From Candidatus Woesearchaeota archaeon (GTDB lineage: Archaea > Nanobdellota > Nanobdellia > Woesearchaeales > JAWBMQ01): a stretch of 58,390 bases of DNA. The stretch spans positions 1 to 58,390 of the forward strand of contig JAWBOS010000005.1 in NCBI GenBank assembly GCA_038825875.1, given 5' to 3'. A model generated the notes under the pieces. The model worked only from the letters and a program-made list of their open reading frames with translations, made no database searches and was not told the DNA's origin. This document shows, in pieces, positions 18,570 to 29,353 of the stretch (its first letter is position 1; every line of letters starts with the position of its first letter). Both the position numbers and the translations under genes were made by a program.

Positions 18570-20962
18570 TTAACAAAAATAGGTTTAATATTTGCAATTT
18601 CATCTTCACTAACTTCAAAATTGATTTCATCTAAAACTGTTAAAATTGGTTTTTTCTTTAACATAGGAATTCTTATTTTAGTAGCTCCTTTAAGATCTTC
18701 AAAGTTTATATGAATATTAGTGTTAACTATTGAATATGGGAATTTATCTAATATAATTCCCTTTAAAGGATCTTTTCCTTTTTCACATCCAAATCTTAAA
18801 TATTTATATGGATCTTCAGAAATTGTTAAATATCCTGCTAAAATTTCAAAGTCATTCCATTCTAATGCGGTTTTAAATACACTATAAATCATTTCCTTGA
18901 CAAAATTGTATTTCTTTTGATCAGACTTTATTTCTTGAATTGCATCTTTTGCATCAATGCTCCCGAAAGCACACCCAAATACTCCTACGCAAATACCACA
19001 GTTCACTTTTATTTTGTTTGCTGATCCGTTTAGTTGAGTAGTATCATTAAACCAATAAAGTAAAGGTAAGGCAAGTTTATCAAATCTTGAAGTAATAAAA
19101 TCCCTTAATTTGCTTTCATCATTCTTTAAGTTTTGTAATATCTGTTTGTATAAATCATTACTAATTTCTCTTATATTTTTTCCTTCATGGGCACTTCCTA
19201 ACACATAAAGAGGTTCATTTCTTATATAAACTACTGTATAATCATATTCTCCTGGAATAACTTTAAAAGAATTTATTGCAGATTCTTTAGAAGAAATATA
19301 AAGCATATATGTTGGATCTTGAGAATTTATCATTGAAACAAAGTATTCATCTTGAGGAATTTTGAAATTCTCTTCATTACTATTTTCACTATATTCAAAA
19401 ACCTCAATATCTTTTATAGAAAAAGAAACAGGATAGTAAAGATTTATTGTTCCTAAATCAATTTCATATTTTTCAAGGGTTTTAGGAATAAGATTTACTG
19501 AACTATTATAATATGTTGCAAAATCCTTAACAAAAATTGAAAGCTCACCATCTTCGCAATAAGGAGCATTAAAACTATATTCATTTTGAGCATTCATCGG
19601 AATAAAGTAATCACAACTTATTCCTCCACAATCTAAGGTAACATATATATTATCTAAAAGTTGCAAATCTTCCCCATTAAATCGCAAAGAAAAAGAAACA
19701 TTCATAGGACCATAACAAGCAATATCCTTATATTGTTGAACTATGTCATCAGTTAATGATTCCTTATCATAACAAGGTTTATCTACACAAACAGTGGGAA
19801 TTACTGCAAAATTAAACTTGAAGCCTTCGCCTTTAAAAGCACCTTTATCTTCAATTTGAAACACAAGGGGAATTCCATAATAATACTGAGATACATAGGT
19901 AAATCTTAAGGGAGTAAAAAATTTGAAAATTGGAATTGAGATCTTTTTTGCTTCTTTATTTATTGTAGGCAAATGTATAGGAAATTTAACATTTGGTCCA
20001 ATTTTAAAAATTGGATCTAAGTAAAGAGAAAAGATATTGATGTGAAACGGAATGGGATTATAATTGTAGGGAATTAAAATGTCCCATTTTCTTTCTTTTA
20101 AAACAGGATTTGCTAAGTTATTTACTACTCTTAGTTTTGAACTAAAAGCAAAAGCTATATTTTTGAATTTAGTTTGCAATTCATCCTTATTCCACACAAG
20201 GAATTTTTCAGATATCTCAAAACTTGGAGGAAAAGAGTCTATGCTTAAAGATCTAAAGGGAATAAAGTATTCAACCATCAAATCTTCTATGGTTCTATCT
20301 TTAACCATCCATAGAAGTATGTGATTTGAGACATTTATTAATTCTTTTAATCTAACATCTAATGGAATGACAAATTTTTCTAATGAAGACTTTTTTCTTT
20401 TATTGTCCTGTTCAAAAAATACATCTAAATTATAATGAAGTATAACAAAAAGCTCTCTATCTCTTAATAAATAATCAACTTTTGGAGTTCCTTTAGCTTG
20501 AATCTCAAAATTTGGATATATCTTAGAAACCTGGTTAATGCATTCAATTGCTCTTTTTTCACCAATAGTCTTTACATTTTTTAGAAATTCTTCAGTTGAA
20601 AACAATCGCATTTTTAAACCTTCAGAAAAATCAAATTTATACACTATTGGAATTTTAAATTCATTCTCAAAGGAAATATAGTTTGCCTTTTCTCCAGTAA
20701 ATCTGTCATAAGGCAATCCTGTGAATTCATAAAATCCTCCTTGTTGACCTAATTGCATAATAATCTCCTTGAAAAGATTATAATAACACGTTCTCAAAGA
20801 AACATCTATTGGAATTAAAGCGTCCTCAATTCTTCTTTCCTTTAAAAGTTCTTCCTCAGAAATCTCCTTTTTCATTAAATTTCCATATAAAATGATGAAA
20901 ACAAAAACTAATAAAAGTATAATTCCAAAGATGATAAAATAAACTACTTGTGATTTTTTCAT
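18566..20962 (-). CDS. Large protein with class III (type IV prepilin-like) signal peptide (surface operon gene 2)
   Basis: MKKS/QVVYFIIFGIILLLVFVFII, LGQQGGFY, multiple Cys pairs. SD GAAGGTGAGG. Confidence 0.7.
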   Translation of the reverse strand: MKKSQVVYFIIFGIILLLVFVFIILYGNLMKKEISEEELLKERRIEDALIPIDVSLRTCYYNLFKEIIMQLGQQGGFYEFTGLPYDRFTGEKANYISFENEFKIPIVYKFDFSEGLKMRLFSTEEFLKNVKTIGEKRAIECINQVSKIYPNFEIQAKGTPKVDYLLRDRELFVILHYNLDVFFEQDNKRKKSSLEKFVIPLDVRLKELINVSNHILLWMVKDRTIEDLMVEYFIPFRSLSIDSFPPSFEISEKFLVWNKDELQTKFKNIAFAFSSKLRVVNNLANPVLKERKWDILIPYNYNPIPFHINIFSLYLDPIFKIGPNVKFPIHLPTINKEAKKISIPIFKFFTPLRFTYVSQYYYGIPLVFQIEDKGAFKGEGFKFNFAVIPTVCVDKPCYDKESLTDDIVQQYKDIACYGPMNVSFSLRFNGEDLQLLDNIYVTLDCGGISCDYFIPMNAQNEYSFNAPYCEDGELSIFVKDFATYYNSSVNLIPKTLEKYEIDLGTINLYYPVSFSIKDIEVFEYSENSNEENFKIPQDEYFVSMINSQDPTYMLYISSKESAINSFKVIPGEYDYTVVYIRNEPLYVLGSAHEGKNIREISNDLYKQILQNLKNDESKLRDFITSRFDKLALPLLYWFNDTTQLNGSANKIKVNCGICVGVFGCAFGSIDAKDAIQEIKSDQKKYNFVKEMIYSVFKTALEWNDFEILAGYLTISEDPYKYLRFGCEKGKDPLKGIILDKFPYSIVNTNIHINFEDLKGATKIRIPMLKKKPILTVLDEINFEVSEDEIANIKPIFVK

Positions 20963-23900
20963 TTGACCTCACCTTCACAGGAATAACTAAAAGACCTCGG
21001 ATTGTCCAAAACGTTCTTCTTAAAATTTTCAAAAGTTTCACATGTATTAATTGGTTCACAGCTTTTTCTTGAGAATGCAGAACAATCTAAATCCCCATAA
21101 CCCATTGTTTTCATGAGATCTTCCCAGGTTTTTCTTGCTGAAGGATCATTACTCCAAATTTGTATTAGAGAACATAAGTGATCAAGTCTTTTAATTGCTC
21201 TTTTTGCTGAAGGTTGTGAAGGATCAACCAAGGCTAGCTTTAGCAAGTCTCCTAACCAACTTTGAGAGAAATCACACACGGAGTTGGAATTTTCACTTCC
21301 AAAAGCTTTTCCTAAGCCACCAATTGATTTTAATACTAGACTAAAAAGATTATTTGCTAAATTTGTGGTTCCAACAGCTATCGCCCTTAAAGATTCATTA
21401 GGCAACTTTTGAGAATTTTCTGTTCCATTAAAGGAGTATCCTAAGAAATAATAACTATAAAATTTTTCAAATGCATAAAGATTCCATCCTTCAGGACCAC
21501 ATCTGATTTCTTTATCGAAAAATTGAATAGTTTTCTCAGTAAGATTAATTTTAAAATTTTGACTCAAACAGTTGATGAAAAAATTACCGATGTCTGTTTT
21601 GAATTCAAGCTTCATATCAAAGGATGATCCACTTCCAGCAATTGTTCTTCCTATGTTTCCAAATAAAACATAGTTGATTCCATCAGAAATTAATTGACCT
21701 AGCAAATAATTTAAAAGATTGCATTTATCGTTATTATTTTTAATCCAGTTTTGGTTCTTAAAAAACTCAGTAACAAATTGATTGAGAGTTTCTGTTCCTG
21801 CTTGCAAACCATAGTATATAGCTGCTTCTGTCAAGAAAGTAACAAAGTTTAACTCAACCTTATCTTTATTCTCTAAAACAAGATAAAACTTGCCATTTTC
21901 TTCAACAACAATATCACTAAAATATGTTTTATATATCTCTCTACTAATTTCGTCTTGAGTATTGACTGTACTAAACAAAACTTCTCTTAAATTAGAATAG
22001 CTAGAATCAATGTAACTATAACCAAATAGTGCAGCACTAAGTATTAAATCATCATAATATGCAGAATCTTCTAAATTATAAGGCAAAAACATGCTAAATG
22101 CAGTGAACAATAAACCTCTCAAATTAAACCAAGATATTTGTTCTCCTTCATATCTTAGGATATTTGCAGTTTTTACATCTTCACATACAGTAACATCAAA
22201 ATCATACTTATATGCATTTACCAAACATTTCAGGTAATCACACCTAGCCTCTAGTTTCTTATACTCCATTGCTGCAAGTGCTGGTAATGAATAGAACGTA
22301 TTTGCAGAATAAACATTATTAAAAGGATCTAAAAAAAGATCAAAAAATATAGAAATATAGGGCTTGACAATTCTTTGACCTAATTCAAGTCCAAAATTTT
22401 TTGCTCCTGGAACTGGAATATTTTTTACAATAGAATTAAGAAAGTCATTCACTATGTGATCTATTTGCCTAGAAAGTTTTTGTAAAGAATATTGCTTGTC
22501 AGTGGTAAAATTAAAGATATCTATGTAAAGTTCTGGCATAAATAAAACTGTGAAATTTTTTCTAATCGCATTACTATCATAAGAAAAACTTTTTATTAGT
22601 GGATCAGAAATCATATAGTTCTCAAAATCACTTAAAACCCAGTTTAGTTTTGCATAACCATATCCTATTCCCTGTGGTTCAAATAAAACGCTAAAAATAC
22701 TGCCGACCCATACATAGAATGATCTATGGAACCAGAGATATCCTTTAGCAATAGTATCTAGAATGTTTGCTAAATACTCAAAAGGACCACTTAAGAATTT
22801 TATCCCTAATGCCTCTAAAATTTTTGAGCTAATCCTTAATATATAGCAAGATTGAATAAAGTGTAAAGAAAGCTCAAATATACTAGTAAATACTGCATTT
22901 ATTCCATACAAAACTGCAAATATTTTTGCCCACCATGGTACTGTTTCAGTTCCATTCTTAAGATCATACCATGTTTTTTCTATTAATTTGAAGAGACTTT
23001 GCTTATAATCATAACCATACAAAACTTTGAAGTAATCTGTTGATGTTGGAGAAAGAACAGTTAAAGAGAAAGGAATTGCATAAAATCTAATATCATCTTC
23101 TAAGTATAAAGAGAGATTGCAGTGTATTGAAAAATCCTTAATTTGAGAACTCCTTCTAGATACACTTTTTAAATTAAAGTAAAGGAGGTTCGTTGCAACA
23201 GAATTAGTAAATGGCATTTTATTTCTAAAGAGTTCTACTTTTTCTATGGAAATATCATTGTGCTTATCTCCTCTTACGATTTGTCCTTCTTCATTTTTAT
23301 AGACTTCTACCAAATTACATTCATGTACTATTATCTTGCTAACTTTTAGATTAGGATAATCTGATTTACTTTTTAATTTAAAAAGTATTGAAACAGATCC
23401 TCTGTCTAAATACTCTGTGTTCTCTGCAATAATAATTGGATCAATTGTTGAATAGAATTCAGGAATTGGTTTCTCTTCAAGTAACTCGATGATATCACTT
23501 GGTAAAGAATCTGATAACTGCTTTATTCTAAATTTTCCTATTATTAGTTCATGTTTTCCACATGCGCCATCAATGTATAATTTCAGAACAACATCCTCAT
23601 TTACATTTTTTGTTACTCTCAATTCTCTATAATACTGTACAAATCCATCCTTAAAACTAGAAGAAGGTTGATGATTTAAACTCTGTAAAGGAAATTCTTG
23701 AGATAATAGGGGACTTATATCTATAGACACATTTGAGTAAAACAAGCATCTCCCTGTAGCATTTATTAAGAATTTTACTGTCATGTTTTGCCATACAGTG
23801 ATTAATTCTTCTAGATCTTCTAGTTTAGTGATGTTATAAGTTTCCCACTCACTACCTTCATAGAATAAAGAATATGTGATTCCATTAATTGCAAAATATC

Positions 23901-26457
23901 CTTTATCATATACTCCTGTTCTATTCACCTTTGAGTCTAACAGATAAATGAAATGCCTCATTGAAGTTCCAACGTCATCGACAATAGAAACTTCTGCTTT
24001 ATTTAACGTTAGATCTGTAGATGAGAGATCTATTACCTTGATTTTAACAATATTATCTTGTGATACATACTCAGATCCATTTGTTAAATATTTTTCAATC
24101 TTCAAATTCAAACCTAAAATAGAAAGATCTCTTAAAACACCCTTAAATTCAAACCAATCAGGTATTTCACACTCCTCATTTTTGAATATTATACCATTTC
24201 CTATACCAAAAGTGCTATCGGAATTTTTTAAGAACCAATACCTACCACACGGATGTTCTTGATTTGCCAAACTTTTAATGTTCTCAACATAATATTTAAG
24301 GGAAAGATTAACAAAAAATGATCTTTCAAAAAGTATCTTTTTTCCAAATTTATCTGTTGCATAACCTATTACTTTAATAATTGGATTTGTACTTGAAAGA
24401 TTTTTAGGATTGAATTTTCCTTCAAAATTGACCTTTTCATCATTGCAAAAGCCTGAACATGAAACTTGTTTGCTATTCCAAGAATTTTCATCTTGGTTAT
24501 GGATTGAAACATTAAAAATTACAGGAGGATTTTTTGATGAGAATTCTATAATGTACTCAACATCAAACCATTTATCTACATTTGGAAAAGATATGCTTTC
24601 AATAGGTATTAATTGATCATTGTATTTATAATACAATGAGACGTTTTTAATGTTTACATCCTCTAAATAATACTCATAAAAAGGCAACACTTGAATTTTC
24701 GATACAGTAATTTCTTGTCTTCCACAAGAACCGTTAAGGATTAATTTTAAATCATATTGACCAGGTCCTAGAGATCTCGTAAAATTAAAAGATCCTTTAA
24801 GTACATAATTGGGTTCATCAAAAGAACCTGAAATTTTTTGTAATTCCTTTTGAGAAGATCCTTCTTCAAAAACACCAGCATTGAAACTAACAGTGGAAAA
24901 TTCAAAACATCTTCCTGATGCACGAATTTCAAATTCTATAATCATATCTTTCCAAACAAAGATTGGCTCAAGATTTTCCCTTAATTCTTCAAAAGAAAGA
25001 TCTCTATTACCGTATCTAAAGTTTTTCTTGAATTTTACACCACTAACTCCTATGAAATTATCTTGGTAAATAGGACTGTTTTCAGACACTCCTGCACTAA
25101 TAGCATTTAACTTTATTTCTCTAGTAACCCCTCGTTCTGGGTGGATAACTACTAAATTAGCAAAGTTCTCACTAAGAGATCTATCTTTTTCATAGTTAAT
25201 TATAAAATCGTTTGAAAAAGGACTAAGTGAAACAACCATGTCTAACGTAGAAAATTCCTTTAATTTAAGAATGGGGTTTTCAAAGCCAATATAAAAATTT
25301 AGGAATTGATTCAAATTACAGAGATTTGATAACATAATAAGATCTCTTGATTTCAAAAATTTGCCACATTGAGAATTATCTTTAAGAATAATTTCCTTTA
25401 TAGAAACATTAAACTCTACAATGTTAACAACAAAGTTCACGGTATCTGCCACGGGCCTATTTCCATATGAATCTTGAACAACATAACGTATTGTTTCAGT
25501 ACTTAAACCTTTTGTTTTTTGAGAAACATTATAAGGAATTGTAAATGTGCAATCTGATTTAGTACATGATTTTGAATATACTTTATCCATAAAAGTGACA
25601 TTCACTGAATATCTAGCATCTGAAGCATCTTCAATAAGGAATGAAACTGTAAGGGGAACTGTGTAATCTCCTTCTTCAAGTTCTATTTTTTCATTTCCAA
25701 AAAGAGTTACATATACACCTTCTACTTCCGGTGGTTTTGTATCTATGAAAAAATAGTATTTTTTGTCTACCACTAGTTCATTTCCTATGCCATCTATGAC
25801 AGAAGTAATTGTTAACTCTTTATAACCCTCAAAATCTGCTATTAAAGGAAGTTGATAAGAAGCAATATACTTTTCTTCTTGTTTTTCTAGAGAAAGAGTT
25901 GTTCTAGTTTGTTCATACTCAATTTTTATGCTTTTCAACCCTGCTTGATCTTGAGAGGAAATTTCAAAGAAAACTCTTTCATTTCTATAGTATACATTTA
26001 TATTAGAGTACTCAACAACACTGTCAAGTAAAACGGAAATTTTTGCAAGACATTTCTCAGCATTATTATCAATGTAATAAAGATAGAGAGAATTCATATT
26101 GTTTAGATTAAAAGAATTAAAAACAATAGAATTTGATTGAAAGGAGTATACTGTTGCCATATCTTGACCCAAATAATTCTTTATTCGAAAATTTGAAGGA
26201 GTAACTCCTACGGAATCTGAATTTAATATAACTACTATGTTTCCAATATTAGAAGTGTAGGACTTACAATATGCTATAGGATTATTAACGTCTTCAGTTG
26301 AAAGATAACATTCACGTTCTTGAGTTTGATAGTCATTAAAAAAACCTTGCAATTCAATCCTTAAATTTGGATTTGGATAATAAATAGGATTACAGTCAAC
26401 CAAAGAAAAAACTTTCGGAATCATTAACAAAAAAAATAGTATCAGCAATTTTCTCAT
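20959..26457 (-). CDS. Giant (~1830 aa) secreted surface protein with Ig-like and tandem Cys-patterned repeats and a helical membrane-interacting C-terminal region (surface operon gene 1)
   Basis: Signal MRKLLILFFLLMIPKVFS, IDTKPPEV and QDSYGN Ig-like motifs, many NxS/T sequons, hydrophobic helices (PWWAKIFAVLYGINAVFTSIF). Confidence 0.75.
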   Translation of the reverse strand: MRKLLILFFLLMIPKVFSLVDCNPIYYPNPNLRIELQGFFNDYQTQERECYLSTEDVNNPIAYCKSYTSNIGNIVVILNSDSVGVTPSNFRIKNYLGQDMATVYSFQSNSIVFNSFNLNNMNSLYLYYIDNNAEKCLAKISVLLDSVVEYSNINVYYRNERVFFEISSQDQAGLKSIKIEYEQTRTTLSLEKQEEKYIASYQLPLIADFEGYKELTITSVIDGIGNELVVDKKYYFFIDTKPPEVEGVYVTLFGNEKIELEEGDYTVPLTVSFLIEDASDARYSVNVTFMDKVYSKSCTKSDCTFTIPYNVSQKTKGLSTETIRYVVQDSYGNRPVADTVNFVVNIVEFNVSIKEIILKDNSQCGKFLKSRDLIMLSNLCNLNQFLNFYIGFENPILKLKEFSTLDMVVSLSPFSNDFIINYEKDRSLSENFANLVVIHPERGVTREIKLNAISAGVSENSPIYQDNFIGVSGVKFKKNFRYGNRDLSFEELRENLEPIFVWKDMIIEFEIRASGRCFEFSTVSFNAGVFEEGSSQKELQKISGSFDEPNYVLKGSFNFTRSLGPGQYDLKLILNGSCGRQEITVSKIQVLPFYEYYLEDVNIKNVSLYYKYNDQLIPIESISFPNVDKWFDVEYIIEFSSKNPPVIFNVSIHNQDENSWNSKQVSCSGFCNDEKVNFEGKFNPKNLSSTNPIIKVIGYATDKFGKKILFERSFFVNLSLKYYVENIKSLANQEHPCGRYWFLKNSDSTFGIGNGIIFKNEECEIPDWFEFKGVLRDLSILGLNLKIEKYLTNGSEYVSQDNIVKIKVIDLSSTDLTLNKAEVSIVDDVGTSMRHFIYLLDSKVNRTGVYDKGYFAINGITYSLFYEGSEWETYNITKLEDLEELITVWQNMTVKFLINATGRCLFYSNVSIDISPLLSQEFPLQSLNHQPSSSFKDGFVQYYRELRVTKNVNEDVVLKLYIDGACGKHELIIGKFRIKQLSDSLPSDIIELLEEKPIPEFYSTIDPIIIAENTEYLDRGSVSILFKLKSKSDYPNLKVSKIIVHECNLVEVYKNEEGQIVRGDKHNDISIEKVELFRNKMPFTNSVATNLLYFNLKSVSRRSSQIKDFSIHCNLSLYLEDDIRFYAIPFSLTVLSPTSTDYFKVLYGYDYKQSLFKLIEKTWYDLKNGTETVPWWAKIFAVLYGINAVFTSIFELSLHFIQSCYILRISSKILEALGIKFLSGPFEYLANILDTIAKGYLWFHRSFYVWVGSIFSVLFEPQGIGYGYAKLNWVLSDFENYMISDPLIKSFSYDSNAIRKNFTVLFMPELYIDIFNFTTDKQYSLQKLSRQIDHIVNDFLNSIVKNIPVPGAKNFGLELGQRIVKPYISIFFDLFLDPFNNVYSANTFYSLPALAAMEYKKLEARCDYLKCLVNAYKYDFDVTVCEDVKTANILRYEGEQISWFNLRGLLFTAFSMFLPYNLEDSAYYDDLILSAALFGYSYIDSSYSNLREVLFSTVNTQDEISREIYKTYFSDIVVEENGKFYLVLENKDKVELNFVTFLTEAAIYYGLQAGTETLNQFVTEFFKNQNWIKNNNDKCNLLNYLLGQLISDGINYVLFGNIGRTIAGSGSSFDMKLEFKTDIGNFFINCLSQNFKINLTEKTIQFFDKEIRCGPEGWNLYAFEKFYSYYFLGYSFNGTENSQKLPNESLRAIAVGTTNLANNLFSLVLKSIGGLGKAFGSENSNSVCDFSQSWLGDLLKLALVDPSQPSAKRAIKRLDHLCSLIQIWSNDPSARKTWEDLMKTMGYGDLDCSAFSRKSCEPINTCETFENFKKNVLDNPRSFSYSCEGEVK
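23520..25750 (-). repeat. Two diverged ~375-390-aa protein-level repeat units inside the giant protein
   Basis: SQCGKF/HPCGRY; IFVWKDMIIEFEIRASGRC/ITVWQNMTVKFLINATGRC; LKLILNGSCGRQEI/LKLYIDGACGKHEL, spaced ~1.12-1.16 kb. Confidence 0.75.
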
Positions 26458-26644
26458 GATTTCACATCTTGCCAAATTTTTAAAATGTGATTAAATTTAT
26501 CTAAAATCACTATTTTTCTATAAAAATTTTTGTAATTACTTTTTAATAGTTAAAATTTCAAGTTTTGAAGTTCAGTGTTTTAATTAAAACTTAATAAAAT
26601 CTATTTAAAAAACTTTTTAAACATCCTTTTTTTGAATATCTCTC

Positions 26645-27067
26645 ATGGATATTACTACATTAGAAACGTGGTTTGAATCAAATCTCAAGCATAAGTACAT
26701 AGATCGAATTGAGTCCTTTAAGAAGCAAAAAATTGGAAAAAATATACTATTCACTATGAAACTAAAGGAAAAGAAAACATCTTTTTCTCATTATAAAGAA
26801 TGTGAAAAAATTTATGCGTTGATTTTAGATCCTTCTGAGATTCCACCAAATGCTGATTACTTTGTTTTTCCATTTAACAAACAGTCTTCTGAATTTCTAA
26901 TAAAAAACCCTAATTTCGTAGAAAAAAACAAAATTATATTAATCAATCCAAAGTCAATTCCTGAATCTGAATATCCTATAAACCGATTAATGCTTGATGA
27001 AATTAATGAAAAAGAGATAGAAAAATTTCTGAAAAAGATTCGGGAGTACATAAAAATGATAGTATAA
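26645..27067 (+). CDS. Hypothetical protein
   Basis: 140-aa ORF, co-oriented with pyrH. Confidence 0.6.
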   Translation: MDITTLETWFESNLKHKYIDRIESFKKQKIGKNILFTMKLKEKKTSFSHYKECEKIYALILDPSEIPPNADYFVFPFNKQSSEFLIKNPNFVEKNKIILINPKSIPESEYPINRLMLDEINEKEIEKFLKKIREYIKMIV

Positions 27068-27085
27068 TCCTTTAGATTATTTTTT

Positions 27086-27805
27086 ATGGGAAATAATAGA
27101 AAACAATTTAAAATAAAAAATCCCAAGAAAATAAGCATGATTATTTCTCTAGGAGGATCAGTAATAAATCCAAATTTGTTAGACATTTATGCTATTAAGT
27201 ACTTTGGAGACACAATAAAAAAAATCGATGAGCGAGCAATAATTGTAGTTGGAGGGGGTTCTCTAGCAAGGCAGTATATAAACTCTATATTGATTGAAAA
27301 AAAAGAATCTCTTTCAAAAGTAAAAGAGAGATTGGACAGAATTGGAATCTTGGCGACTATAATAAATGCAGAACTTGTAAGTATTTTAACAAATATTGAT
27401 GTAATTCATCCATACATAATTTCAATGAAAAAAGCCATTTCAATTATTAAAAGACATAAGAGAATAATTTCCTCTGGCTGGAAACCAGGATTTAGTACTG
27501 ATTATGTATCTTCATATATTGCTTCAAAGTTAAAAGAGAAGATGATCATAAATATAACAAAAGTTGGAGGAGTATACACTAAAGATCCCACAAAGTACCT
27601 AGATGCTAAGTTAATAAAGGAACTTTTGTGGGATGAATTTTTAGAAATGTTCGATGAAGACTGGTTTCCAGGTAAAAATATACCTTTTGACTACAATGCT
27701 GCTGTTCTTTGTAAAGCAAAAAAAATGAGGGTTTTGATAACCAATTTAGAAGGATTTGAAAAATTTATAAAAAATAAAGAAATAGTAGGAACATTGATTA
27801 GATAA
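27086..27805 (+). CDS. pyrH: UMP kinase
   Basis: ISLGGSVI, VVGGGSLARQY, DRIGILAT, GWKPGFSTD, GVYTKDP. Start may be ATG 27137. Confidence 0.9.
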   Translation: MGNNRKQFKIKNPKKISMIISLGGSVINPNLLDIYAIKYFGDTIKKIDERAIIVVGGGSLARQYINSILIEKKESLSKVKERLDRIGILATIINAELVSILTNIDVIHPYIISMKKAISIIKRHKRIISSGWKPGFSTDYVSSYIASKLKEKMIINITKVGGVYTKDPTKYLDAKLIKELLWDEFLEMFDEDWFPGKNIPFDYNAAVLCKAKKMRVLITNLEGFEKFIKNKEIVGTLIR

Positions 27806-27825
27806 GTAGTATTTTAATTAGAAAG

Positions 27826-28236
27826 TTAGTACTTCTCTTCTAAAGATTTTTTAAGGAGTCTATCGAAAATGAAATCTATTTCAGATAAACCCCAGTTATT
27901 ACAAAAAATTTTGCTAGTTGAACAATAGCAAATAAGATTTTCATTTTCATCTTTTAGAATCAAAGGTTTAAATGAAAGATTTAACACAGTTTCTAGGGAA
28001 TTACAGTAAAGATCACAATAAAAATTAATTTCATATTTTTTACATGATCTATTAATGAAGTTTATATACCTAGTATCTTCAAATGTAGTATCATAACATG
28101 AAAAATATCCTAAAAATTCAATTTCTTCTAGTTCAGTTAAGTAGTAAAATCTACCAGTAGGGGTTGTGTGGTTTAACACGTAAATTGAAAAAATAACCCC
28201 AAAAAACATTACTGCCAGCATTATATATAGTTTCAT
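27826..28236 (-). CDS. Small membrane-anchored Cys-rich hypothetical protein
   Basis: N-terminal TM followed by PTGR and several Cys. Confidence 0.55.
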   Translation of the reverse strand: MKLYIMLAVMFFGVIFSIYVLNHTTPTGRFYYLTELEEIEFLGYFSCYDTTFEDTRYINFINRSCKKYEINFYCDLYCNSLETVLNLSFKPLILKDENENLICYCSTSKIFCNNWGLSEIDFIFDRLLKKSLEEKY

Positions 28237-28271
28237 ACCATATAAAAATAAAAGCAAATATAAATAATTTA

Positions 28272-28751
28272 TTATATCTGATAAACTTCTCTCTGTACAG
28301 TAATTTCAAAAAATCTTCTACCGCCTAAGAACTCAAGCATGCTTTTTTTAGCTTTCGTAGTAGCAAACTCAATAATCAAAAGCCAAGGAAAAATCAAAAA
28401 ACTACCGTAAACAATACCATATAGAAGTGAAGAAAAGAAAGAAGAAATGTTCTTGTTTATTCCTAGCAAAAATTCTCCAAAAGTTGAGCCAACCAAAAAG
28501 TCAAACATAAAAAAGTATGCAAATGAAATAAAAGTAAAAACAATGCCTATTTTTGAGAGTAAAAGCATGGTATAATAATCAAAAGAGCTAAAAGGACTAT
28601 AAGTGACATATTCTGCTAGATATGAAAAGATAGGCATACAGAAAGCATACAATATTATAATTTGATCTATTAAGAAAGCTAGAACTCTTTTTAGAGTAGA
28701 TGGTCTTTTAAACGTTATTGCAAAGGGTATGATTTTTAATTCCTTGGCCAT
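28272..28751 (-). CDS. RDD family membrane protein
   Basis: KRVLAFLIDQII and YFFMFDFLVGSTFGEFLLGI. Confidence 0.75.
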   Translation of the reverse strand: MAKELKIIPFAITFKRPSTLKRVLAFLIDQIIILYAFCMPIFSYLAEYVTYSPFSSFDYYTMLLLSKIGIVFTFISFAYFFMFDFLVGSTFGEFLLGINKNISSFFSSLLYGIVYGSFLIFPWLLIIEFATTKAKKSMLEFLGGRRFFEITVQREVYQI

Positions 28752-28849
28752 GGTTTGAAGCACTTCGTATATTTTACTCTTTGATTAAGGACTATTGTAA
28801 TAATTTAAAGAAGAAATATTTATATATTTTGTGGATATAAAGATCACTC

Positions 28850-29347
28850 ATGCTAATTGCTCTTTTTTCAGATACCCATGATAATGCAGAAAAAATAATT
28901 CAAGCACTAGATATTTGTAGAACAAGAGAAATTAACACTATTCTCCATTGCGGCGATTTAATTGCACCTATGACATTGCAGTTTTTTCAAGGGTTTACGG
29001 TTTACTTTGTTAGAGGAAATTGTGATGGAGATATACTAAATATAAAGAAAAATTTAGAAATTATAAATGGGCATTATCTCGGCGATTTTGGAATTGTAAA
29101 TATTGATAATAGAAAAATTGCTCTTTATCATGGAAATAATTCAGAACTTTTGTTTGCAGTTTCTAATTTGGATGTTGATATTGTAGCATATGGACACACA
29201 CATAGAAAGAACTTGGAAATTGTTGATAAAAACAACAAAAAAAAGATAATAATAAACCCTGGATGTTTTTACAACTCAAAAACTTTTGAGAACTCTTTTG
29301 CAATAATTAATCTTGAGACTTTAGAAGTTGAATTTGTAAGAGTGTGA
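28850..29347 (+). CDS. YfcE/MJ0936-family metallophosphoesterase
   Basis: SDTHDN, HCGD, VRGNCD, HG, GHTH, INPG. Confidence 0.9.
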   Translation: MLIALFSDTHDNAEKIIQALDICRTREINTILHCGDLIAPMTLQFFQGFTVYFVRGNCDGDILNIKKNLEIINGHYLGDFGIVNIDNRKIALYHGNNSELLFAVSNLDVDIVAYGHTHRKNLEIVDKNNKKKIIINPGCFYNSKTFENSFAIINLETLEVEFVRV

Positions 29348-29353
29348 GGTGCA

